This document shows positions 56,851 through 64,000 of a DNA stretch of 64,000 nucleotides, one piece after another. A program made the translations under genes and the position numbers. The stretch comes from Methylophilaceae bacterium (lineage in GTDB: Bacteria; Pseudomonadota; Gammaproteobacteria; Burkholderiales; Methylophilaceae). The first letter of the stretch is position 1; every line of letters begins with the position of its first letter. The notes beneath the pieces are model-generated. The model made no database searches. It worked only from the letters and a program-made list of their open reading frames with translations, and had not been told where the DNA came from. The DNA lies in the NCBI GenBank assembly GCA_036560445.1, contig DATBRG010000019.1, positions 25,958 to 89,957 on the forward strand, in the 5' to 3' direction.

Positions 56851-57600
56851 TTACAGATTGGACCATGCAAAACCGGCTGCGCTGACTTCAGCCTTGATCT
56901 CGGCCATGGCTTTCTCGACGGCCTCTGCTGGGCCCTTGACGCCAAGTTCTATGGTTTTCTGTGGGCCTAACTTGGGCAGGCTGAACAGCTTAGTTTGTGG
57001 GTGTTTCAGCACGATGGTATTCATCAAGTCTATGAGCTGGCTTTCCCCTGCATCCATCACCAAAATCGACCATTCCACGATGAGCCGCTGGTGAAAAAGA
57101 TGGCTGTAGTGCGTATCCAACACCCACTCCATCATGGGCCAGGCCATTTGCGGAAAGCCCGGCAGGAAGTAGTGACTGCCGACCGAAAACCCCGCTACGC
57201 GGTTGACCGGATTGGGGATAAGTTGAGCGCCCTTGGGGAAATCCGCCATTAGCACGCGCTTAGGATAGGCCGCCTCGCCGAACTGCGCTTCAATCTCTGC
57301 AACCGCACCGGCATGGCGCGCTATGGGTAGGCCTGCCGCTGCGGCAGCACTCTGGCGCGTGTAGTCATCCGGCGTGGCACCTATGCCACCAAAGCTGAAC
57401 ACAATATCGTCTGTAGCCATGCTGCGCTTGAGTGCAACGGTGATATGTGCCGGGTCGTCACCCAGGTATTCAGCCCAAGCCAAGCTTAAGCCACGTGCTT
57501 TAAGGATATTGATAGCTTGCGATAAATGCGCATCCTGGCGTTTACCGGAGAGTATTTCGTCGCCGATAATGATGGCGCCGAAGTTGAGCGGTGCGCTCAA
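56851..57600 (-). CDS. CinA-N-like molybdopterin-binding (MoCF_biosynth) domain protein
   Basis: 249 aa with GAIIIGDEILSGKRQD...FSFGGIGATPDD. Confidence 0.7.
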   Translation of the reverse strand: MSAPLNFGAIIIGDEILSGKRQDAHLSQAINILKARGLSLAWAEYLGDDPAHITVALKRSMATDDIVFSFGGIGATPDDYTRQSAAAAAGLPIARHAGAVAEIEAQFGEAAYPKRVLMADFPKGAQLIPNPVNRVAGFSVGSHYFLPGFPQMAWPMMEWVLDTHYSHLFHQRLIVEWSILVMDAGESQLIDLMNTIVLKHPQTKLFSLPKLGPQKTIELGVKGPAEAVEKAMAEIKAEVSAAGFAWSNL

Positions 57601-60377
57601 TGCGCGCTATCCCAGTTATTGCCGACACCAACTTCGACCAACAATGGCACATCCAGTTTTGCTACCCCTCCCATGAGCTGCGGTAGGTTTGTCTTGATGG
57701 TTTCCAACTCGGCTTGCGGCACTTCCAGCACCAGTTCGTCGTGTACTTGCATGATGATGCGCGTAACCAGTTTTTGCTCATTCAGCCAGCCATGCACGGC
57801 AATCATTGCCAGCTTGATTAGGTCTGCCGCCGTGCCTTGCATAGGTGCATTGATAGCGGCGCGCTCTGCACCCTGGCGGCGCTGGCCGTTCGGGCTATTG
57901 ATCTCGGGTATCCACAGGCGGCGGCCGAATAGCGTCTCGACGTAGCCCTGACGTTTGGCCGTTTCGCGCGTGTTTTGCATGTAGTCGCGTACGCCGGGGT
58001 AGCGCGCGAAGTAGCGATCAATATAGGTTTGTGCAGCAGTGCGGTCTATATTGAGGTTCTGCGCCAGGCCGAAGGCGCTCATGCCATAGATGAGGCCGAA
58101 GTTGATGACCTTGGCATAGCGCCGCTGTTCGCTGCTGACGGCATCGCGCTCCACACCGAATACTTCCGCTGCTGTGGCGCGGTGAATATCCTCGCCGGCG
58201 GCAAAGGCCTTGAGCAGCCCTTCATCCTGCGAAAAATGCGCCATGATGCGCAGCTCAATCTGCGAGTAATCAGCGGACACAATCACGCTGCCAGGCGGTG
58301 CGATGAATGCTTCGCGGATGCGTCGGCCTTCTGCAGTGCGCACCGGGATGTTTTGCAGATTGGGGTCGTTACTTGATAGCCGCCCGGTATTCGCAATCGC
58401 CTGTCCGTAATTGGTGTGTACACGGCCAGTAGCAGGGTTGACTGCGCGTGGTAGTTTATCGGTATAGGTAGACTTGAGCTTGGCTAGGCCGCGGTATTCC
58501 AGTAGCACTTTGGGCAGCGGGTAATCCAGCGCCAGTTCCTGCAGCACGTCTTCGTCGGTGGAGGGCGTACCGCTCGGAGTTTTTTTCAGTGGTTTGATGC
58601 CGAGCTTGCCGAACAGAATTTCCTGCAACTGCTTGGGTGAAGCCAGATTAAATGGCTGGCCCGCCAGTTCGTAGGCCTGGTGTTCCAGCGCGACCAACTT
58701 CTGCGCTATTTCATGGCTCTGCGCTTGCAGCATCGGGCCATCAATCAGCACGCCGGTGCGTTCGATATCGAACAGGATTTCCATCACCGGCATTTCTATC
58801 TGTGCATATACATATTGCAACTTGGCATCGGGTGCGATTTGCGGGTACAGGGATTGGTGCAGTTGCAGCGTGATATCGGCGTCCTCGGCCGCGTATTCAC
58901 TGGCGGTTTCCACCGATACCTGATTGAAACCTACCTGTTTTGCGCCTTTGCCGGCAACTTCTTCAAACGTAATGGTAGTAACGCCCAGATGGCGCATGGC
59001 CAGGTCATCCATGCCATGCTGGCGGTGACTTTCCAGCACATAGGATTGCAGCAGGGTGTCGTGGGCGATGCCGTTGAGTGCAATGCCGTGGTTGGCCAGC
59101 ACATGCTTGTCATATTTGAGGTTTTGCCCGACCTTTTTGATAGCCGGGTTTTCCAGCAGCGGTTTAATTGTGGCCAGCGTGGCGTCGAACGGCAATTGGT
59201 CCGGTGCCCCGGCATAATCATGGGTGAGCGGCAGGTAAGCCGCATGGCCTGCCTCAATGGCGAACGACATACCGACCAGCTTAGCGGTCATGGGGTCGAG
59301 CGAGGTGGTTTCGGTATCGAAGCAGAGCAGTGAAGCCTGCGCTATTTTATCCAGCCAGGCTTGCAGTGCTGTTTCTGTCAGTATGGTTTCATAGCTGCGG
59401 GTTGTGACGGCACCTTTGGTTAAAGGTACTGGCGTAGCCTCACCGAAGAGTTGCCCCTGGCCGCTTTGGGGCGAACTAGGCGCGGCCTGGGCGCTAACAT
59501 TCGCCGTGTTGCTGGGGTTATCCAGCTCTCGCCGCCATGTCTTGAAATCGAAACGCTCAAACAGTTCCAATAGCTTGGCTTTATCCTGCGGCTGTGGCGC
59601 CAGGTCGGCAAGGCTTTCTTGTATGCCGACATCACAGCGTATGGTGATCAGCTCGCGTGCGGTGGGCAGCCAGGGCAGGGCCTTTCGTAAGTTCTCGCCG
59701 ACCACGCCGCTGATCTCATCGGCATGCGCAACGATGTTGTCCAGCGAGCCGTATTGTTTGAGCCATTTGACGGCAGTCTTGGGGCCGACCTTCTCCACGC
59801 CGGGTACGTTATCCGAAGTGTCGCCGATCAACACCAGATAATCGATCATCAAGCTAGGCGGGATACCGAATTTATTTTCCACGCCAACGATATCCAATAC
59901 TTCATCGGTTTTTCTGAAGGCATCGCGCATGGTGTTGACCACGGTCACATGCTCATTCACCAACTGCGAGATATCCTTGTCACCGGTGGAGATGATGACG
60001 CGCATGCCTTCGCGCTCTGCTTGTTTGGCCAGTGCGCCGATGACATCGTCGGCTTCCACGCCATCTTCCATGATGAGTGGCCAGCCCATGGCCTTGATGG
60101 CGGCATGCAGTGGTTCTATCTGCAGGCGCAGGTCGTCCGGCATGGAGGCGCGGTTGGCTTTGTATTCCGGGTAGATGTCATCGCGGAATGTCTTGCCCTT
60201 GGCATCAAATACACAGGCGCTATATTCCGCTGGATAATCCTTGTGCAAGCGGCGTAACATATTGAGTACGCCTTGGATCGCACCGGTCGGCTCATTATGC
60301 CTGTTGCGCAAATCAGGCATGGCGTGGAAGGCGCGGTAAAGGTAGGACGAGCCATCGACTAACAATAATGTTTTCAT
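57597..60377 (-). CDS. polA: DNA polymerase I
   Basis: 926 aa with a 5'-3' exonuclease N-terminus (LLVDGSSYLYRAFHA), a 3'-5' exonuclease domain and a Pol A palm (DYSQIELRIMAH, QVHDELV). Confidence 0.95.
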   Translation of the reverse strand: MKTLLLVDGSSYLYRAFHAMPDLRNRHNEPTGAIQGVLNMLRRLHKDYPAEYSACVFDAKGKTFRDDIYPEYKANRASMPDDLRLQIEPLHAAIKAMGWPLIMEDGVEADDVIGALAKQAEREGMRVIISTGDKDISQLVNEHVTVVNTMRDAFRKTDEVLDIVGVENKFGIPPSLMIDYLVLIGDTSDNVPGVEKVGPKTAVKWLKQYGSLDNIVAHADEISGVVGENLRKALPWLPTARELITIRCDVGIQESLADLAPQPQDKAKLLELFERFDFKTWRRELDNPSNTANVSAQAAPSSPQSGQGQLFGEATPVPLTKGAVTTRSYETILTETALQAWLDKIAQASLLCFDTETTSLDPMTAKLVGMSFAIEAGHAAYLPLTHDYAGAPDQLPFDATLATIKPLLENPAIKKVGQNLKYDKHVLANHGIALNGIAHDTLLQSYVLESHRQHGMDDLAMRHLGVTTITFEEVAGKGAKQVGFNQVSVETASEYAAEDADITLQLHQSLYPQIAPDAKLQYVYAQIEMPVMEILFDIERTGVLIDGPMLQAQSHEIAQKLVALEHQAYELAGQPFNLASPKQLQEILFGKLGIKPLKKTPSGTPSTDEDVLQELALDYPLPKVLLEYRGLAKLKSTYTDKLPRAVNPATGRVHTNYGQAIANTGRLSSNDPNLQNIPVRTAEGRRIREAFIAPPGSVIVSADYSQIELRIMAHFSQDEGLLKAFAAGEDIHRATAAEVFGVERDAVSSEQRRYAKVINFGLIYGMSAFGLAQNLNIDRTAAQTYIDRYFARYPGVRDYMQNTRETAKRQGYVETLFGRRLWIPEINSPNGQRRQGAERAAINAPMQGTAADLIKLAMIAVHGWLNEQKLVTRIIMQVHDELVLEVPQAELETIKTNLPQLMGGVAKLDVPLLVEVGVGNNWDSAH

Positions 60378-60398
60378 CTTTAATCAGGTACCCAAACA

Positions 60399-61127
60399 AT
60401 GTCTCAAGCCAAAAAACTGCCAAAAATTACTGATCCCGAGCTATTGGAGCGTGAGCACTCGGCTCGCGAGTCCTGGCATGCTTTTGAGATTATGGCAGAA
60501 TTCGTGAGCGCTACCGAGCGACTAAAAGAGATCACGCCCGCAGTCTCTATTTTTGGCAGCGCTCGTACCAAGCCGGATAGCCCATACTACAAGCTGACGG
60601 AAGATATCGCCCGGCATCTTTCTGATGCGGGTTTTAGTGTTATCTCAGGTGGTGGGCCCGGCATTATGGAGGCTGCCAACAGGGGAGCTTATTACGGTAA
60701 ATCGCCCAGTATCGGCTTGAATATTGAGTTGCCGCATGAACAGACGAATAATCAGTATCAGGATATCAGCCAGAATTTCCAGCATTTTTATATGCGTAAA
60801 GTGATGTTCGTTAAATATGCCTCAGCCTATGTCGTGATGCCGGGTGGTTTTGGTACCCTGGATGAGCTGATGGAAGCATTGACATTGATACAGACAGGCA
60901 AGACGCGCAATATCCCCATTATCCTGGTGCATGAGCCGTTCTGGCGCGGCATGCTGGACTGGTTCCGTAACGCATTGGTGGCTGAGGGTATGGTATCGCC
61001 TGAGGATATGAGCCTGATCAAGGTGATTGACGAGCCAGTCAAAGTGGTTGAGGCCATCTTCAAGCATTATGAGACGCGCGGTTTCGAGCCTTCTGCATCA
61101 GAGCGCCAGGTTCAGTTGTATTTATAA
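60399..61127 (+). CDS. LOG/TIGR00730-family nucleotide 5'-monophosphate nucleosidase
   Basis: 242 aa with GGGPGIMEAANRGA and MPGGFGTLDEL motifs. Confidence 0.8.
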   Translation: MSQAKKLPKITDPELLEREHSARESWHAFEIMAEFVSATERLKEITPAVSIFGSARTKPDSPYYKLTEDIARHLSDAGFSVISGGGPGIMEAANRGAYYGKSPSIGLNIELPHEQTNNQYQDISQNFQHFYMRKVMFVKYASAYVVMPGGFGTLDELMEALTLIQTGKTRNIPIILVHEPFWRGMLDWFRNALVAEGMVSPEDMSLIKVIDEPVKVVEAIFKHYETRGFEPSASERQVQLYL

Positions 61128-61218
61128 TGACTTTTGTATTGCGGTTTACCAGCAGTGCATGGTTTTTGTTAGAATGCTTTTCATCTCAATGCAGTACAAA
61201 CCCAAGCACGAGGTTACC

Positions 61219-61557
61219 ATGCGTCGTATTCATATCTTGTTAGTTCTGGCTCTATTATCGCCACTGGTGGCCTTGGCTGCGGGTAATCCGCCAAATCTGG
61301 AGCCCTTGCCAGAGCCACCACCACCACCGGCAGGCCTGGAAGGCCCGGATGCTGAGCCGCAGATCACCATCACCAAAAAAGGTACGGATAAGGTTGAAGA
61401 ATACCGTATCAATGGCGAGCTTTACATGATGAAGATCACGCCATCACATGGGGTTCCTTATTACATGGTGAAAGAGGATCAAAATGGGGGATGGTCGCGC
61501 TTCGAGGATTCCAACTCGCCCATCAGTATTCCAAAATGGGTGCTGTTTAACTTCTAA
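61219..61557 (+). CDS. Exported DUF2782-like protein
   Basis: Start moved to MRRIHILLVLALLSPLVALA (61219, GAGG upstream). Pro-rich linker followed by ITITKKG...EEYRINGELYMMKITP. The track ORF start at 61027 overlaps the LOG gene. Confidence 0.65.
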   Translation: MRRIHILLVLALLSPLVALAAGNPPNLEPLPEPPPPPAGLEGPDAEPQITITKKGTDKVEEYRINGELYMMKITPSHGVPYYMVKEDQNGGWSRFEDSNSPISIPKWVLFNF

Positions 61558-61595
61558 TTTTTAGTTAAGAGGGCTGCAAGGCTCTCTTAAATCTT

Positions 61596-62546
61596 ATGTC
61601 GGTATTTACCACTGTTACCATCGAGCAGCTACGCCAGTGGTTGTCGCCTTATTCTCTTGGAGATGTGCTGGATTTCCAGGGCATCGCCGCCGGTATTACC
61701 AATACTAATTACTTTGTGACGACGACCAGTGGGCGCTATGTGCTGACGCTGTTCGAGAAAAATTCGCAAGACGAGTTACCTTATTTCCTCGACTTGATGA
61801 CCCATTTTGCCGAGCGCGATATCCCGTGCCCACATCCAGTCAGAAAGCAGGATGGCAGCGGTCTTTGTGTTCTTAATGGCAAGCCAGCGGCACTGGTTAG
61901 TTGTTTGCGTGGCAAGGATATAGAGACACCCTCATCTGCCCAATGCGCAGAAGTAGGGAGGTTGCTGGCAGAGATGCATATCGCAGGCTTGTCATTCTCG
62001 GGCTATATGAAAAACCCGCGTGGGACAGAATGGCGCCTGGATACGGCTAACAAAGTGATGGATTTTCTTAGCCAAGATGACCGTGCCATGCTGCAACAAG
62101 AGCTGGAATTCCAGGCCAGGCTGTCTATCAGTGACCTGCCCTTTGGTGTGATTCATGCTGATCTGTTCCGTGATAATGTGCTGTTTGATGGTGAGCAGTT
62201 AGGTGGCGTGATTGATTTCTACTACGCGTGCAACGATGTCTTGCTCTACGACGTTGCAATTGCGGTTAATGATTGGTGCGTTAATGAGGATGGCAGCTTT
62301 GATGAGGGCAGATTAAAAGCCCTGCTGGCGACCTATCACAAAATCCGGGCCATAACGCTTGCTGAACAGCAGGCCTGGACAGGGTTATTGCGCTTGGCGG
62401 CATTGCGATTCTGGCTGTCACGCCTTTATGATTTACACTTCCCGCAAGCGGGGGAGCTTACGCATGCCAAGGATCCGCAGCATTTCCAGAAGGTCCTGAA
62501 ATTGCGTGTCTTGCAGCCATCGAATTTGGCGAAAGTATTAAGTTAA
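61596..62546 (+). CDS. thrB: Homoserine kinase, ThrB type II (APH fold)
   Basis: 316 aa with MSVFTTVT...GIAAGITNTNYFVTT and IHADLFRDNVLF. Confidence 0.85.
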   Translation: MSVFTTVTIEQLRQWLSPYSLGDVLDFQGIAAGITNTNYFVTTTSGRYVLTLFEKNSQDELPYFLDLMTHFAERDIPCPHPVRKQDGSGLCVLNGKPAALVSCLRGKDIETPSSAQCAEVGRLLAEMHIAGLSFSGYMKNPRGTEWRLDTANKVMDFLSQDDRAMLQQELEFQARLSISDLPFGVIHADLFRDNVLFDGEQLGGVIDFYYACNDVLLYDVAIAVNDWCVNEDGSFDEGRLKALLATYHKIRAITLAEQQAWTGLLRLAALRFWLSRLYDLHFPQAGELTHAKDPQHFQKVLKLRVLQPSNLAKVLS

Positions 62547-62594
62547 GCACGATAGTCGTGTGTTGTTAAATAGATTCAGGCGCCGGGGAGGCAC

Positions 62595-63368
62595 ATGATG
62601 AATACATCGGTATTGGATATACGCAAGGTTGATGCAGCAAATGGATGGAACTGGATAGCCGAGGGCTTTGCATTATTCAAGAAAAGCCCGGTGATCTGGA
62701 TTGCCTTGTTTTTTATCTATCTCTTGATTGGCATGGGTCTATCCATCGTCAAGATAGTCGGCCCCATTGTGCTGAATCTGCTGGCACCAATATTTGTCGC
62801 TGGTTTTATGATGGGCTGCCGCGCTCTGGATAACGATGAAGAACTGGAAATCAATCATCTGTTTGCCGGCTTTAAGCAACACGCGGCTCAATTGATCACG
62901 CTAGGCGGCCTTTATCTTGCTGGCGTGATCATCATTGTCGGCATCATGTTCGCTGGCACTGATAATACTGTCTTGCATGCCATGTTTTCCGGTGAAAAAC
63001 TGAGTGAGCAGCAAGCTACAGCCGCGCTCGGCGAAGGCTTTTTATTCACTGCTTTGCTAGGGATGTTCTTGTTGGTACCACTCATCATGGCTTACTGGTT
63101 TGCCCCCATCCTGATAGCTTTCCATGAGCTTACGCCGCTGGCGGCCATGAAGCAGAGCTTCAATGCCTGCTTGCGCAATTTGATGCCGTTTTTCGTTTAC
63201 AGCCTGATTTCCATGGTCCTGCTGTTGGTGGCAGCCATACCATTTGGCCTAGGCTTGCTGGTCATGATTCCAACCATGACTGCCTCGCTTTATGTCAGCT
63301 ACAAGGATATTTTTGCAGGTAGTCTGGTGCCGGCCGGTGCGCTGGTTGAAGAACAAGATAACGATTAG
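62595..63368 (+). CDS. Multi-pass inner membrane protein of unknown function (BPSS1780-like by memory)
   Basis: 257 aa with N-terminal GWNWIAEGFALFKKSPVIWIALF and 5-6 hydrophobic segments. Confidence 0.6.
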   Translation: MMNTSVLDIRKVDAANGWNWIAEGFALFKKSPVIWIALFFIYLLIGMGLSIVKIVGPIVLNLLAPIFVAGFMMGCRALDNDEELEINHLFAGFKQHAAQLITLGGLYLAGVIIIVGIMFAGTDNTVLHAMFSGEKLSEQQATAALGEGFLFTALLGMFLLVPLIMAYWFAPILIAFHELTPLAAMKQSFNACLRNLMPFFVYSLISMVLLLVAAIPFGLGLLVMIPTMTASLYVSYKDIFAGSLVPAGALVEEQDND

Positions 63369-64000
63369 ACTGCTTCCAGCTTGGCGTATTCCAACGCCAG
63401 CCATTTCAGGCCTTCACGGCCGAAATTGACTTGCACGCGCAGGTCGTCGGCATTGCCCTCATAGCTCACCACAACACCTTGCCCAAATTTACCGTGGGCG
63501 ACGGATTGGCCTATCTTCCATGGCATGGCACTTTTCTGGCTACTACTGGGGCTATTGCTCGGGGTAACGTTGTAGCCTGCCATCTGCTGGGCTACCTTGC
63601 TGGCGCTGGGTTTGGCATTCAGTCTGAGTAGTAGCTCTTCCGGGACTTCATCAAGAAAGCGCGAAGGGATGCCATAACGCACTTGTCCATGCAGCATGCG
63701 GCTCTGGGCGTAACTCAGGTAAAGCCGTTGGCGGGCTCGCGTGACAGCCACATACATCAGGCGCCGTTCTTCTTCCAGCCCGTTGGCTTCATACATGCTT
63801 TGCTCGTGCGGGCAGAGGCCTTCTTCCAGCCCACTGATAAATACCACCTTGAATTCCAGCCCCTTGGCTGAATGTACTGTCATGAGTTGCAGTGCATCAC
63901 GGCCAACATCAGCCTGATGTTCGCCCGCTTCGAGGCTAGCGTGGCCAAGGAACTGGGCGAGCAGGGATTGAGCTACTTCGCCATTTTCATCTACCTGTAC
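63365..64000 (-). CDS. uvrD: UvrD/Rep-family DNA helicase, C-terminal part (5' end outside the window)
   Basis: The track ORF starts at an internal Met. The frame stays open to position 64000 (hand translation ...LEAGEHQADVGRDALQLMTVHSAKGLEFKVVFISGLEEGLCPH...RRLMYVAVTRARQRLYLSY). Helicase motifs V and VI are present. Confidence 0.85.
   Translation of the reverse strand, partial: VQVDENGEVAQSLLAQFLGHASLEAGEHQADVGRDALQLMTVHSAKGLEFKVVFISGLEEGLCPHEQSMYEANGLEEERRLMYVAVTRARQRLYLSYAQSRMLHGQVRYGIPSRFLDEVPEELLLRLNAKPSASKVAQQMAGYNVTPSNSPSSSQKSAMPWKIGQSVAHGKFGQGVVVSYEGNADDLRVQVNFGREGLKWLALEYAKLEAV

Noticed and set aside
58680-59333. 217-aa plus-strand ORF inside polA. Similar shadow ORFs occur at 46630-47223, 4359-4886, 1184-1729 and 54378-54908.
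   Set aside because: All are antisense or out-of-frame overlaps of strongly supported genes (polA, yyaL-like, nasA, fructokinase, dusB), and I recognise no motifs in them.
61565-61590. 10-bp stem with a hexaloop (TTAAGAGGGC-tgcaag-GCTCTCTTAA) between the DUF2782 gene and thrB
   Set aside because: There is no U-tract, so it is not a clear terminator. It sequesters an SD-like AAGAGG that lies too far (22 nt) from the thrB ATG to be its RBS. The significance cannot be judged without conservation or structure-probing data.
1-64000. Whole-window scan for rRNA, tRNA, CRISPR arrays, IS elements, integrases, phage genes and known defence-system genes
   Set aside because: I found none. All intergenic regions are 300 nt or shorter, I see no cloverleaf-like or array-like repeats, and no ORF has transposase, integrase or nuclease-helicase defence signatures.

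Overview
The window reads as ordinary chromosome from a methylotrophic betaproteobacterium. The Methylophilaceae-like assignment is an inference from the PqqA peptide, an NAD-linked formate dehydrogenase operon (fdsGBACD), sps plus fructokinase, and general gene content. I call about 62 protein genes.

Main blocks, in order:
- **1-2085:** sucrose-phosphate synthase (partial) and fructokinase.
- **2262-17299:** a large minus-strand nitrate-assimilation supercluster. Transcription order is nasT, leader, nrtA-B-ATPase, porin, then cobA-nirB-narK-PP2C/Ser-Thr kinase-nirD-nasA-small exported protein.
- **17518-25696:** an ABC exporter, an unannotated orphan pqqA, mgtC, an Nramp transporter, two GGDEF proteins, an orphan methyltransferase and a TSUP permease.
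- **25754-34960:** modCBA plus a short modE, divergent from fdsGBACD.
- **35090-37034:** a three-gene BLUF / Cys-rich protein / pseudo-receiver adenylate cyclase cassette.
- **37276-64000:** housekeeping genes (cstA-ybdD, lgt, ilvD, two cytochromes c, hemF, tsaC, purD, purH, fis, dusB, polA, thrB, uvrD partial).

Hand-found items that are not in the ORF track:
- sps, which is open at the window edge.
- pqqA (23 aa) with three downstream stem-loops.
- A ybdD-like 59-aa gene.
- Two textbook sigma54 -24/-12 promoters, each with an upstream TGCACCA inverted repeat.
- An ANTAR-type dual-hexaloop antiterminator overlapping an intrinsic terminator in the nrtA leader.
- A sigma70 promoter with a 38-bp palindromic operator at modA.
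- A Mo-box-like inverted repeat upstream of fdsG.

The most novel-looking locus is the BLUF/cyclase cassette. It looks like a candidate split photo-regulated cAMP module and is bracketed by ~62-bp imperfect direct repeats.

I saw no rRNA, tRNA, CRISPR array, IS element, integrase or recognisable defence system. All homology statements come from motif recognition by eye. No database search was run.
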